This document shows positions 33,705-45,611 of a stretch of DNA of 64,000 nucleotides, in pieces; the stretch's first letter is position 1, and each line of letters begins with the position of its first letter. Made by a program: the position numbers and the translations under genes. This DNA comes from Halocafeteria seosinensis (taxonomy: Eukaryota): contig LVLI01000173.1 of the NCBI GenBank assembly GCA_001687465.1, forward strand, positions 62,001 through 126,000, in the 5' to 3' direction. Below the pieces are notes generated by a model. The model was given only the letters and a program-made list of their open reading frames with translations, had not been told where the DNA came from and ran no database searches.

Positions 33705-35294
33705 CACCCGCTGTGGCTGCGCCCCAGAGGAAAATGGTCCTTGTGTACGGTGCGGTTAATGCCGACTTTGACGCATTTTTGGCTGCTCTAGCGGGGCTTT
33801 TGTTACTGAGTTTCGTCAGCTTTATTTCCTTCAAATCTCACAAAGATGTTGAAACGTTTACTCTTTCTGTGGAGCAGGGAAGTACGGCGATCGGAAGCTA
33901 TACCGTAAAGTAAAAGCATTTCAACATGCTATTCTGTTGGTATTAGACTACTTACAAGTTGGCGCAATCATTGGCACAATGAAGATCGACCCATTTCGCG
34001 GTGTTGCCTCTGGTTTCCTTGAGGTATCTTCAGTGTGCACAATGAGTCCAGCGAAGGCAACTGCTTTCCGATGCCTGACGAATGCCTCACCGTTTCAGAC
34101 GTCTCTAACTGTTATGGGCTCTCCGCTCTTGGTAGCATGTGCTGGGCTCGTGATTCAGGGATTTGTGGAATATGGTTTGGGGCGGAGAGAGAAGGGTGTG
34201 TGAGAGAAGGTGGCCGATTCACTAGCTAGCGCTAAGTGGTTTCAGAACTCAGTTGTTTCGTGTTTCGATAGTTCAGCTGTTGAACTTGCTTTACATGTCT
34301 AATTACTGATGCTACACAGAGACCTTTCGAGGTATATGAACATGGAATTGGCTCGTCAGAAAAAGCAGTGCTGGACTTGAGGGTCGAGACAGGAAGTAGC
34401 AAGTATCAAAGCTTGCTCATGTCAGCAACGTTCTCATTGGTGTTCTCCGTAATCGGGGTACCGATTGTTGTGACAATCCATTACGTAGTTCGATATCGCA
34501 AACTGAATTCAGTGGCAGCTACAACCCAGTTATCACGTATGACCGGAGGCTACCGAGTCTGACAGTGCGGGTTTTTGTGGGATATAGTCATCATCTTACG
34601 CAAGGCTGCTTTGCTGATTATAGCTGTATGGATATCCGATGTGGTGGAAAAATTTGTATTGGCGACGACCATACTTGTTGTTTCTCTTGTGATTGCCGTC
34701 GCATTGGCACCGTGCAAATCAAAACCAGTAATGATCCTTCATGGACTACTGTCCTTCTCAAAACCCTTGGGAGTCTAATGTCTCCCGAGCGTGGACTAGT
34801 CTCCTCTCAAGAACTATCAAGATCTTAGTGATTATTATTCAAATTGTGTTCTCTGCTTGCGCGTCGCTTGTTTGGCTGTATATCTTTCCGAGGGCGATTC
34901 GGGCAGCGAGGTCGATATTGCTAGCTTTTCGGCGTAAAACAAACTGTCAGAGGAAAAGCAGTCACCGGATGATGACGACGGTGTGGAAAAACGAAACACC
35001 GGTGAATATGCAGGGACTGACGTATACAAGTCACAGTCGAATCCGCTCTTGGCTTACGATTCCAAGTCAGTGCCAGTGGCACAGACAGGCGAGAGTGGTG
35101 GGGCGCTAGAGATAGATAGATCAAAGGATGAGAGAACCATCTGGAATGGAAATGAATCCACGCTGGCAATAGTAGATGCAAGTCAAAGGCTAGCTCGTCC
35201 GAACCTTTGGTATTTCAGCCGAAATGACCGCATGAGCTTACGAGGACCAACTCTGGTTCGACATGACCAGCGTCACGTCAGGAAATGTGAATGA
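33705..35294 (+). pseudogene. 5'-truncated, frameshifted relic of the multipass-TM module of the 36240/48333 receptors
   Basis: Fragments in different frames match FISFKSHKD, VLDYLQ, DLRVETG, SRMTGGYRV, WDIVIILRK and SNPLL of the intact paralogs, with several stops and frameshifts. Confidence 0.85.
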
Positions 35295-36239
35295 TGTCAT
35301 GTTAGCAACCATTAAAACAACCCGTCCATGTACGTTAGGCCCTACGGTTAATTTGACGATGGCTGGAGGCCGGTTCTACCCTATAGAAGTTCGAAGCATG
35401 AAGACGGTTCTGAAATGACACACCGCCAAATATTCTCTACGTTTCTCTGCTTCGTGCTCCACAATCTAGTGAAAAAACAATCCGCTGTTGAATACTTAAT
35501 AGCAACTTCTCTTTCTCCCTCTTCCATTGCTGGAGTACTCCTGCTGTAAAGGTGGACACAGTGTGAGTACAGCGAACCCGGAACACAGCGTGCGAGTGAG
35601 GACGCGGGGTCCGCGGCATACAACATAGGATTCCCCTATTGCGCTGTATTGTGTATGCGCGATGGGTATGTCTTACGCGCTTATCCGATTTACGTTTTGG
35701 ACAATGAAAGGATATGTATCTATGGTAATTTGCATGCCATTTTGTCCTTTTCAAGCAAACTGGAACACCCTGTGGGAGGTACGTTAATCGTGTTTTCAAT
35801 GCTCTCCCGCCCACCGGCAGCATAGCCGCCTTTATCACAAAGGTGAAATGAGGGAAGACGAGCATTTAGTTCATTGAAAATGTCCTCGCGGTGCCTGGAA
35901 AAGACGCGGGTCTAGAATAGTTCAGAAAAACTTGAACCGGGGTTTTCTCGCTCTCTGCTAGAGCAACAGGCACGCCGGTCTCACAAAATGATGTCTACCG
36001 TTTTTGCAATATGAACGGATTCACTGTGTGCGCGTGTATATGGTATGAAGAGCTATACTTGAGCGAACGTGTCTTCTTGAACTCCGGAGTTGACGGCCCT
36101 TTTTGTCCCCTTCGGAGCTCCCTTTCTCCGTGTCCTCTGGCGTGAGTGTTGGTTCCTCATTGCACAAGCTAATCGAGCCTACCCCGATGAGGATTAACAC
36201 GTATTTGTATTCACATAACAAATCGCTTTTATCTTACAG

Positions 36240-39200
36240 ATGTGCGCACATCAGGGTACGCGAAAGGATTCTTCTGCTTTCCTGAAACTACCGGTAACTT
36301 CCAGAGTTACGGTAGAACGGGACAATTCCATTATCCTTGTAGAAAGAAAGACGGCATGGAACTGTGTTATGAAAGGTTGCATGGTACTTGCTCTTGCGTG
36401 CATATTTGAATTTTCGTTTGGAAAGGACGTGAGACGAAACTTGTTAGGACTCGAGAGGCCTCGGTTGTACCCATGTATCCAGTACGCGTCGAACAGATTC
36501 TTTCTGATTTGTGACATTACCCGGTTTAGTCCCAACGACTTCATTTCATTAGAGGCCAACGAATCCTTTGATGGTACCAATTTTGAGTTTAAATTTCTTT
36601 CAGAGGATAAGATAGCTGGTATCTTCGTATCGAGAGCCGATACCCTCACATCTTTCAGTGAAGCACCGGTGATACAAAACTTGCACATCAAAGGCGGCAA
36701 GACTGCCCCAAATGCAGGATTTATTATGAGGAGCTCCCAGCGATATTTTCTCATCGACTCTTGTACTTCTTCAGGGCGAATAGAAGGTCGAGAGTCGGGT
36801 GGGATTTGCGGAGCCCAGTCAGGAAGCCAAGGGGGGCGGGCCGAGATTATCAATTGCACGTCTACTGGAGAAGTGATAGAAAACGGCGCAGGAGGAATTG
36901 TAGGAGGGAGCGCTGCCCGCAGAGGTGGTTTCGTGTCAATAACGGGCTGCTCATCCAGTGGGAGTATTACCCGAGGCAGCGGAGGGATCACTGGGAGCCT
37001 TGCGGGGTTACGTGGAGGCATTGTCTACATCACACGATCCCATTCGTCAGGTGAAATCGGTATAGATAGCGGTGGTGTAGTAGGAGATCGTGCTGGCCAA
37101 TCCGCTGGCTTTGTTTTTGTTGAGCAATGTTATTCCCTTGGCGATATCATCGGCGGAGGCATTGTGGGCGCTGGTGCTGGATCGGCTGATGGTTATCTTG
37201 CAGTACAAGATTCATATTCAAGAGGACCCGTATTAGGTAGTACCGGTGGTGGAATAATCGGAAGGGAAGCAGGGGGTAAGGGTTTTCTGGAAATAGAGAA
37301 TTGTTTTGCGGGAGGGNGCGTACTGGGAGGGGGAATTCTCGGGATGTTGTCATCGACTCTGCGAAAAATCACGGTATCAAAATGTGCATACAGCGGGTTT
37401 CTCCATCGAGATACCCAGGACCTGAATGTGATTCCAAGGAAAAACTCCCAGAGTCTCGATGACATCACGGGAACACTTCTCCTTAATGACTCAGGCGGGA
37501 GCATGTGGCAGGAGGATGTGTGGATTTCCAACGCTACAGATGAAGGCTTGCCCGCACTGCGATTCCAAACTGAGAACCAACTACCCCTGTTAAAATTATC
37601 TTGGGATTTGCGCCACGCGATAATAGAAGCAAGCTTTCGTTGCATAGAGTATTTACCGCAACAACAGATGTTCATACTCACGTGCAACTTTGCGTGGGAG
37701 TCCGCCTTCACACCAGCACATTTTATAACACTTAAAACGGGGGAGATATTCGATGGGAAGGGCCATGAAATAGATGTTTCTGGATTCTCTATCTTTTACG
37801 GCTTGTTTCGAATCTCACTTGAGGGAGTTTCTGCTTCTTGGGGTAATGTACCACTTATCCGTAACTTGCATGTGAAAGGAAGTTCGACTTCCGACGAGGG
37901 AGGCTTCATCGTTCGGCGCGATCAGAAATGGTTCCACGTATCTTCGTGTAGTTCATCGGGAACTATAAGAGGAGCGTTCAGTGGTGGGATCTGTGGGTCA
38001 TCTACAATTCTACCACAACTTTCCATACACGTAACAGATTCGCTTTCTTCAGGAGCGATTCTCGGGACTTCCAGTGGTGGAATAGTCGGTGGCGACACGA
38101 GAGGTACTGTAACCATCGCTCGGTCCTTTTCAACTGGTCAGCTAGAGGGTGACGGTACAGGCGGGATAATTGGAGCTAATGTCAGTGGTGACGTACTAAT
38201 TTCCCAGTGTTACTCATCAGGTAGTGTTGCTGGTGCTGCTGTGGGAGCGGGGGGCATTGGCGGCTCATTTGCAGGAGCGTATGGGGGATTAGTATCTGTA
38301 GTTAACTCCTATTCTGCGGGAGACATTAGTACGGACAACGCTGGTGGGATACTGGGGGAAAACGCTGGAGATAATTCCGGAAGTGTGCTCCTACGGAATG
38401 TGTACGCCGCGGGGACCATCGGAGACCAGTCAAAAGGGCTTGTTGGGCACATTAGCCAAAGTGCCCAAAGTATTCGAATAGTCAACTCCGTGTTTTCATC
38501 TTCAATGGTCGGAGGAGACGGGGAAGGGTTAAGTAGACTGGAGGAATTCAACAATTCAGCGACACTAGATGTGATTAAAGGAACTCTTTACGCTATTGAG
38601 GGTATCGTAAAGTGGTCTTCTACAGTATGGGCTGTTCCTGGTCCGAACACACTGCCAGTTTTGCATTTCCAGTTGACAAAGCCATCACCAGAGCCGTCAA
38701 ACACTATGGTACCCGCATCAACGACCAATAGCCCATTACAACCAAAGCCATCCTTTTCAATGACACCACCCCCAAAGCATCTGTACAATGTCGAGCCACA
38801 AGTTGTCAATCTGAAACAGCGACGTGATTGGCAAAGCTCGAATAACGTGTCGGTACGAATTGCGTTGACACTGGAACCTGGAACAGCAATAGAATGGAAG
38901 ACAACATCCCCCTTTGATGACACACTCGTATCTGCCCCGGTTCGCGAGCGGTTTCTTTTGCAAGGGAAAAGAAAAAATATCGAGCAAGATATTGTTCTGC
39001 ATTCTCATGAATTTCCCAATGGCAATACAGTATTAGTACTGCTTGCAGCGTTCATCCCTCCGGGAAGAGGCATGACGACCGAGACCGAGATACCCGTCCA
39101 GCTAAACGTTACTATTTTGCAGGCAGATCCGGGAATCGAGTCTGCGACGATAAATGTTGTGGTCAGTAAAAGCGAGATTGAATCAGGCGAAACATCGCGA

Positions 39201-42200
39201 CTGTATCGACTCTTCAATTTTGGTCCCCACAAATTCTCCTGGAGAGCTTTTGTGTACTATGAGGGAGAGGAACACAGCCGATTGGACCCATGGCTTACGG
39301 CTCCCGATCGAGGAAGGGTCCAACAACATACCAATCGAGATATCCCACTGGCGATCTCCGCTCATAACGCTTCGGGTGTCGGAACACACTCTGCGTGGAT
39401 CCTACTTGTCACTGATGCATGGGAAAGTAACAACCCACAAGGCAAGGAGGACATGCCACCCAGCAAGGTCCAAGCCCTCGTCCCACCAGAAACAACACGA
39501 TGGCGTGTATATTTTTGGGTGAATGTTCGCTTGACGATATCGTCAGTATTTACTTGCCCACAGGAAACAGCTCTCATACTAAGGCCCCGAGAAACCCGCG
39601 AGGCTAAGGTGACGATAGTCAATACAGATCAAGAAGATTTTGCAATGTCGTTTTCTAATTTCACTTTGGAATACATGCCCGTGGAATCTCCTCGTATCAG
39701 TAACACAGGTCCGTCAACAGGAAAGCTTTGGCATCCTTTGTCAGCGACTCTGTGGAATCAAACCATTGACGTCACCTCGTGGATACATTTGTCACCGTCA
39801 GTAACTCGTCTCCGGCAAGGTCTGAGCCGAGATATAACAGTTCAAGTGGGATACCCGAGTGCGCTACTTCCGTTGCTGCAAAAAAACGAGAGCCAGCCGG
39901 TATCCATTGTTCCCGGGAAATATAGACTTATATTTTCCTCCTCTTTCTTTTTAGGCGCCGACACAAGTCAGCCGTCTTCCGCTTCGGTTAAGCGAGCTGT
40001 AACATTCGAGCATGCCCCTGGAATGCCCCACATCAGCAGCTCCACTATGATGGTATCCAAGAGTGCTGTGCTAGTCGGTGAAAGGATAAAAGCTTTCATT
40101 CGGCTCCATGACATATTTGGATATGCCCCGGCGTCCGCTGTATTTTCTGTTGTTTCATCCAGCTTCCCCGTGAAAAAACCAACGGCTCCCATGCTACGAG
40201 TTGAAATGAAGGGGCTAACTGGTGGGAGGGGGCAACTAATCTTTCCTTCTCGGTTGCAAAACGGAGATGAAATTTCGAAGTTGCTTTTCGAAGCTCGGGC
40301 GATAGATGCTGGTATCTACTCCATTGAGGTTACTTTAGACGGATATCCCATCGATGGTAGTCCACAGAATGTGTCCATGGAGAATGTGAATTGTTTTGGT
40401 GAGCACCAAACACTGCATTTTTCTGGTAGGCATTGTATCTGCGAAGCTGGACATTATCGGAGTGTTACTAACAATAGTTGTGTTGCATGTCCAGAGGGTA
40501 CTCTTCAAGCAAAGGCCAACAATGATAGCAGTTGCACGCAGTGCCCGCGGAACACGTTTTCCAGCTCCGGGAGTGCATATTGTTATCCTTGCCCTACTGA
40601 GGGAGTGAGTTGTACAGGCGGTCTACTGGAAATGCAGGAAGGAGTCTGGTGCGAACCGTGTACGTCTAAAACGAATGCCCTCAATGGGTTTGTCCAGAAA
40701 CCAAAGCTACTATTTGATGTGGTTTTCCATCAGTGTGTACCGTCAGAATCGTGCAAAGTTGATGGTGATTCGTTCACTTCTAGTTGCTCCAAAGGGTATA
40801 CCGGACCTGTTTGCCGGCAGTGTAATGTGGGCTACTCGCGAGTGGAAAACGATCAATGTGTACAGTGCGGCGATGCAGACTATAATGCTTATTTGCTTGC
40901 GTTGTCGGGGTTTGCATTGCTTTGTATTGCCGGCTTTATTTCCTTCAAGTCCCACAAGGATCTCCAAGCGCTTGCTCGCTCTGCTGAGGAAACCGTAGAC
41001 AGCAAGTCGGAACTACATAGCGAAGTGAAGGCCTTCCATCACGCTATCCTTTTGGTGCTAGACTACTTACAGATCTGTGCAATCATTAGCACCATGGAGA
41101 TTAGCCCTTTCCAAGGTGTCGCTTCTAATTTTCTTGAAGTGTCGTCGATGGGAACAATGAACCCGGCAAAGGCGAGTGCTTTCCAATGTCTCACGAAAGC
41201 TTCGCCGTCCCAGACATCTCTGATAGTGATGGGCTCTCCCATAATGGTGGTGGTGATTGTTTGCGTGATTCAGGCTTGCTTGGAATTTTGTCTCAGCCTA
41301 AGAGAGAATGTTCAATTCACTGCTGGAAAATGGCTGCAAAGTGCTACAGTTTCCAGTATACAGCTACTGAATTTGCTGCACATGTCCGTCACTGATGCTA
41401 CTCTGAGAAGCTTTGAGGTATACGAGCATGAAATTGGCTCAACCAGACGAGCGGCAATTGACTTGAGGATTGAAACAGGGGGTGACGAGTACAATACGCT
41501 GCTAATTTCAGCGGTCTTCTCGTTGTTAGTGTTCGTCATTGGCTATCCTTTTGCGGTGGCCATCCACTACGTGATTAAACACCGGAAGTTGACTACAACT
41601 GCAGCTACGTCCCAATTTTCACGCATGACGGGAGGATATCGTGTAGGGAATTACGGGTTCTTGTGGGACTTAGTAATTATCTTGCGTAAAGTAATGTTGT
41701 TAATTGTCGCTGTGTTGATCTCGGGTGTGCTGGAGCAATTCATACTGGCGACAGTGATCCTTGCAATTTCTTTTGGAATTGCCGTTAACATATCTCCTTA
41801 CAAGGTCAAACCAGTTATGGTCCTTCAGAACCTCTTAGTTCTGTTGTCTTGCGTAAATTGCTATTTGGGACTGCAGCTACAACCAGTAGACTCTCTGGAG
41901 TCTAAGTTTTCAGATCCTTGGTCATCGTTTTCCCCTGAGATTATGAAACTGCTGGTAGTTATCACCCAGGCAGTCTTTTTCCTTTCGGCAGCACTTGTAT
42001 GGCTCTATATATCTCCAAGAGCGGCTCGAGCAGTTCATTCTATAATAACCGGACTCTTCCAGTCATTTCTTCAGGAAAAAAGTTCAGTCAGTCATGATGA
42101 ACCCACCTCCAGGACAGGTTCCAACAGCCATCATGATGTAGACGTATATGAGTCCCATCCAAACCCTCTCCTTGTCTGCAGCGCTAAACCTAAGTCCATT

Positions 42201-42434
42201 GCTTCGGAGAAAAAGAAGGAAGAGAATGGAACTACCCCAGCGGCAAGGTACAATCCTCTAAGGAGGACGGAGGACATGACGCTGAATGGAGACGAGCTGT
42301 CGTTAGCCAGACTGGAACAAAGCCAAAGAGTAGCGCAACCAAACATGTTGCGTTCTTTAACTAGAAGAAGCACCTTCCATCGCCGCCTGAAATTTGGGGG
42401 CACAATGCGCCCTCGTACGCGGCAAGCCAAGTGA
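36240..42434 (+). CDS. Receptor: signal peptide, two tandem GLUG beta-helix domains, short stalk, Ig-like and filamin-type repeats, Cys-rich region, multipass TM domain (copy 5)
   Basis: MKGCMVLALACIFEFSFG signal; two blocks ending LPALRFQ and LPVLHFQ; filamin-like AGIYSIEVTLDGYPIDGSPQNV; CxxCPxG repeats; hydrophobic region ~40890-42020. One ambiguous base (N) at 37317. Confidence 0.88.
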   Translation: MCAHQGTRKDSSAFLKLPVTSRVTVERDNSIILVERKTAWNCVMKGCMVLALACIFEFSFGKDVRRNLLGLERPRLYPCIQYASNRFFLICDITRFSPNDFISLEANESFDGTNFEFKFLSEDKIAGIFVSRADTLTSFSEAPVIQNLHIKGGKTAPNAGFIMRSSQRYFLIDSCTSSGRIEGRESGGICGAQSGSQGGRAEIINCTSTGEVIENGAGGIVGGSAARRGGFVSITGCSSSGSITRGSGGITGSLAGLRGGIVYITRSHSSGEIGIDSGGVVGDRAGQSAGFVFVEQCYSLGDIIGGGIVGAGAGSADGYLAVQDSYSRGPVLGSTGGGIIGREAGGKGFLEIENCFAGGXVLGGGILGMLSSTLRKITVSKCAYSGFLHRDTQDLNVIPRKNSQSLDDITGTLLLNDSGGSMWQEDVWISNATDEGLPALRFQTENQLPLLKLSWDLRHAIIEASFRCIEYLPQQQMFILTCNFAWESAFTPAHFITLKTGEIFDGKGHEIDVSGFSIFYGLFRISLEGVSASWGNVPLIRNLHVKGSSTSDEGGFIVRRDQKWFHVSSCSSSGTIRGAFSGGICGSSTILPQLSIHVTDSLSSGAILGTSSGGIVGGDTRGTVTIARSFSTGQLEGDGTGGIIGANVSGDVLISQCYSSGSVAGAAVGAGGIGGSFAGAYGGLVSVVNSYSAGDISTDNAGGILGENAGDNSGSVLLRNVYAAGTIGDQSKGLVGHISQSAQSIRIVNSVFSSSMVGGDGEGLSRLEEFNNSATLDVIKGTLYAIEGIVKWSSTVWAVPGPNTLPVLHFQLTKPSPEPSNTMVPASTTNSPLQPKPSFSMTPPPKHLYNVEPQVVNLKQRRDWQSSNNVSVRIALTLEPGTAIEWKTTSPFDDTLVSAPVRERFLLQGKRKNIEQDIVLHSHEFPNGNTVLVLLAAFIPPGRGMTTETEIPVQLNVTILQADPGIESATINVVVSKSEIESGETSRLYRLFNFGPHKFSWRAFVYYEGEEHSRLDPWLTAPDRGRVQQHTNRDIPLAISAHNASGVGTHSAWILLVTDAWESNNPQGKEDMPPSKVQALVPPETTRWRVYFWVNVRLTISSVFTCPQETALILRPRETREAKVTIVNTDQEDFAMSFSNFTLEYMPVESPRISNTGPSTGKLWHPLSATLWNQTIDVTSWIHLSPSVTRLRQGLSRDITVQVGYPSALLPLLQKNESQPVSIVPGKYRLIFSSSFFLGADTSQPSSASVKRAVTFEHAPGMPHISSSTMMVSKSAVLVGERIKAFIRLHDIFGYAPASAVFSVVSSSFPVKKPTAPMLRVEMKGLTGGRGQLIFPSRLQNGDEISKLLFEARAIDAGIYSIEVTLDGYPIDGSPQNVSMENVNCFGEHQTLHFSGRHCICEAGHYRSVTNNSCVACPEGTLQAKANNDSSCTQCPRNTFSSSGSAYCYPCPTEGVSCTGGLLEMQEGVWCEPCTSKTNALNGFVQKPKLLFDVVFHQCVPSESCKVDGDSFTSSCSKGYTGPVCRQCNVGYSRVENDQCVQCGDADYNAYLLALSGFALLCIAGFISFKSHKDLQALARSAEETVDSKSELHSEVKAFHHAILLVLDYLQICAIISTMEISPFQGVASNFLEVSSMGTMNPAKASAFQCLTKASPSQTSLIVMGSPIMVVVIVCVIQACLEFCLSLRENVQFTAGKWLQSATVSSIQLLNLLHMSVTDATLRSFEVYEHEIGSTRRAAIDLRIETGGDEYNTLLISAVFSLLVFVIGYPFAVAIHYVIKHRKLTTTAATSQFSRMTGGYRVGNYGFLWDLVIILRKVMLLIVAVLISGVLEQFILATVILAISFGIAVNISPYKVKPVMVLQNLLVLLSCVNCYLGLQLQPVDSLESKFSDPWSSFSPEIMKLLVVITQAVFFLSAALVWLYISPRAARAVHSIITGLFQSFLQEKSSVSHDEPTSRTGSNSHHDVDVYESHPNPLLVCSAKPKSIASEKKKEENGTTPAARYNPLRRTEDMTLNGDELSLARLEQSQRVAQPNMLRSLTRRSTFHRRLKFGGTMRPRTRQAK

Positions 42435-42560
42435 TGCATCACATTCCAGAGCATATGGACCGTCATTTTCTGTATCTAAATAAGACGCTTGCAATTATCT
42501 TGTGTTCAAGTTGGAAACAGCTAACTGGGGCTTGGCAAACTCCGTGAATCGAAACCAATA

Positions 42561-44924
42561 TCATGCATACTCTTCCAATTTCTTTTTGGACACCAAACTC
42601 CCAGATCTCCCTTGCAAATATCTGTGTCGTCGTTTTCCTGTCACAGTTCTGCTGCTTTGCCACTGTTTGCAGGATATCTTTGGCAACTGAATCTTACGTG
42701 CGTTGGTAACATTTGCTACATAAGGTGAAGCAGTGACTTCATGAGTTGCAGACGGAATAAGGCTTTCTGTCGCAGAGAACGTAGCGTTCGAAGGAGGTAC
42801 CATTGCTGTTATCAGTTTGCTGTACGTACATGAAGGAGATGGGGTTTCTGTCCGAAAAGGTGAAATAGATACTGAGCCTCTTTGGGTCTTCGAGGGACTA
42901 AAGCTGGGGGTCATCGTCGAAGTGGGTGTACGAATCATAGACGTACTGGAAGGCATGGACTGTGAGCTAATATTCGCGGACTTCGGACTGCGACTGGACA
43001 AAGGAGATGCGGTTCTCGTCCAAGAAGGAAATCCTGACTCTGCCGGTGTAATCGAAGCTGTAGCAGTGCTTGTCGAAGAGGGACTTGGGCTTGGAGAAAC
43101 GCGGGGCAATTGAAAACGCAAAACTGGTAGATTGTCGCTCCCGTTCAAAGCCCAGTACTCATCGCTCCATGGCTTAAATAGTTGACCTTGGATGTCATCC
43201 AAATCACCTGAATTGCCTGTAGCATTCAAATTGGCATCTTCGTATACCCCAGCTATTCGTTCCTGGCGAATATCATTGTAGACAGAGTATTTCACCCGTA
43301 TATCATGCCTGGACTCAATGACTATGCTTCCGATAATTCCACCAGCTGTTCCCCCTTGCAAACTTCCCGATGCGTACGAATTCGTGATGTGAACCTTTCC
43401 TATATCTGTAGTTGGGTCTCCCCCAGTGTTTCCACCCGTGATACCTCCAGCTTTGTCTCCACTAATATCCCCTCGGGAATAGCAATTCGAAATGTAGACT
43501 TCACCAAGAGTCTCTGCGGTGTTGAATCCAGTGATACCACCAGCTGCTCCGGAAGATATTCGCCCCGTACTATAGCATTGATCAATGCGAAGAAACCCAG
43601 ACGACGAAGCAGCCGTGGCACCTACAATGCCACCACTGTTTTCAGAGGTTGCAGTACCAAGAATCGGAGCAAGATCTCCAGTAGAGTAGGATTGTGAGAT
43701 ATGTACTAGCCCGTCACCATACCCCGCAGAGGACCCACAAATTCCGCCACTGGAAGAGCCTGCTATTTGCCCCCTAGAATAACACTGCGTTATATACACG
43801 GTTCCCCCATCTTTGCCTGTATTTGCTCCAGTTATACCACCTCCTTTATCGGCTATATTACCTGTTGAATAGCAATTGGAAATTTTGATCTGTCCATAAC
43901 CTTGACCACAACCAAATCCACATATTCCACCCCCATCCACACCAATGTCCCCTGTTGAGCTGCACGAATCTATTTCAAAATACTTTTGCTGCTTTCCTAC
44001 AATGAATCCTCCCTTCGCTGACGCTTTCCCATTCTTTATGTGCACATTGCGTATCAATGGGGCGTCCAGAAACGAGCCGACATCTGCGCGAATCCTAAGC
44101 AACCCATTAAACGCGTTAACACCTGATAAATCAATCATGCTTTCGGCTCCGCCATCGAATGTCTCATTGACACCTAGGGAGATATAATGGCCTCCTGTAT
44201 ATGACTGAGATTTCCAGCTCAATACAGAGCAATTCATCTGGAATAGTTGACTTCCAGGGAAGAACTGAAAGCATTCTTCGCGTCCATCTTGTATACTCCC
44301 CCTCAAATCTAGTAAGTCGCCTGCCGAAATAACAAGTGAACCTGATTTCATTGCGGCTATTGATACTCCCACGGCGAAGAAAGAGGACCAGTGACTTCTT
44401 GTCGTCCGGGAAGGAGAAAGAGGCTGTTTGATCTTTCTGCGTTGACTAGGTTCTGAAGGGGGCATGATATCAGAGTCAAACCTCATTCCCATTTGTATCG
44501 GTAGACCCACAATGAATTGCGGCAAAGACCACTTTCCCAGACTCCATCGATCACTCATTTCGCCCACTCCATAGCGCATTTGTGATGCGGCAATGGTACT
44601 GGCGACCATAACTGGTGCCTTAGTTGGTGCTGTCGACCATGGTGCTTCGAGTAAAGCTCTCTTGTTGATGGGAGCTGCAGCTGGCTTCCAGTTCACAGAA
44701 TACCCTAATTGCGGTACCAATATTTCGTCTCGCTTGCACCATTCGTCTTCCAGTACTATCTGGTGAACCAACTGTGTATGTCCATCACTTGTTGTTTGCT
44801 TCTGCTCTTCCTCCTCATCCAATGGCTTCTTGCTACACTTCCCGTTCGATTCTCGGAGCCGGAAAAAAAGCACCACCACCGACGCTGCGACCACCAATAT
44901 CGGTATCAACCACCACCATTGCAT
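42561..44924 (-). CDS. GLUG-type beta-helix protein with N-terminal signal-anchor leader and Ser/Thr stalk (copy 6)
   Basis: MQWWWLIPILVVAASVVVLFF leader; DLRGSIQDG..FDG..GGI repeats..LPVLRFQ; stalk; basic tail with LPKISCK. Confidence 0.85.
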   Translation of the reverse strand: MQWWWLIPILVVAASVVVLFFRLRESNGKCSKKPLDEEEEQKQTTSDGHTQLVHQIVLEDEWCKRDEILVPQLGYSVNWKPAAAPINKRALLEAPWSTAPTKAPVMVASTIAASQMRYGVGEMSDRWSLGKWSLPQFIVGLPIQMGMRFDSDIMPPSEPSQRRKIKQPLSPSRTTRSHWSSFFAVGVSIAAMKSGSLVISAGDLLDLRGSIQDGREECFQFFPGSQLFQMNCSVLSWKSQSYTGGHYISLGVNETFDGGAESMIDLSGVNAFNGLLRIRADVGSFLDAPLIRNVHIKNGKASAKGGFIVGKQQKYFEIDSCSSTGDIGVDGGGICGFGCGQGYGQIKISNCYSTGNIADKGGGITGANTGKDGGTVYITQCYSRGQIAGSSSGGICGSSAGYGDGLVHISQSYSTGDLAPILGTATSENSGGIVGATAASSSGFLRIDQCYSTGRISSGAAGGITGFNTAETLGEVYISNCYSRGDISGDKAGGITGGNTGGDPTTDIGKVHITNSYASGSLQGGTAGGIIGSIVIESRHDIRVKYSVYNDIRQERIAGVYEDANLNATGNSGDLDDIQGQLFKPWSDEYWALNGSDNLPVLRFQLPRVSPSPSPSSTSTATASITPAESGFPSWTRTASPLSSRSPKSANISSQSMPSSTSMIRTPTSTMTPSFSPSKTQRGSVSISPFRTETPSPSCTYSKLITAMVPPSNATFSATESLIPSATHEVTASPYVANVTNARKIQLPKISCKQWQSSRTVTGKRRHRYLQGRSGSLVSKKKLEEYA

Positions 44925-45611
44925 GCTCTACTCTGTTCTCGTAAAAGGATGGCAAGGTTTGAAAAACAATACTGAGCCTTGGGAGCTACTCTTTACAGTA
45001 TCCTGGAACTTCCTGGAAGTTGTCACTAGTGTACGTGTATACCCTTGAGACGGTATTCAGGAATCGATGGTCGAATTTCGATTTTTTTTCTCTTCAACCA
45101 TGGGTTCAGATTCCCCACGGCAAAGTATTTCTAACCCTTGCAATGACTCTGGATCAACAAAACTAACGTATATTACACCTCGTGGAAGAGGTGGGGCGGA
45201 ATTTTCGGAATCCGGGACATGTCAATCATTTATTTGCCTTAGATTTTCTCACGGATAATTCAATGAATGGGGTCAAATCCTTTATACACAGATAGTACTC
45301 GATATCTTGAATCTATTGGTGTATATTATATTGTTAAGTATGCACTGAAGCGTGCAACAAAGTACGGACAAGCCGGGACAAACGAGGGCGCAACTTCAAC
45401 CTCGGCGGGGTATCGAGGAATTGCCGCCGAGGAAGTCAGGAATCCCTTGTGGCCGTTCCAGTGACACTGACCACAACTGGAGCGGGTATACCAAAAGGAA
45501 TCAAAAACTAAGCAACCATCGATGATATGAATGGTGCGCAAAGTTGGGTGGTTGAAAGGGGCATAACCTGCCTGGAATTCGCAACTCAGTAGGACAAGTC
45601 CATCAGCTAAT

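Noticed and set aside
37317..37317. Ambiguous base N in the receptor CDS
   Set aside because: Single uncalled base; the frame is preserved and NGC cannot be a stop
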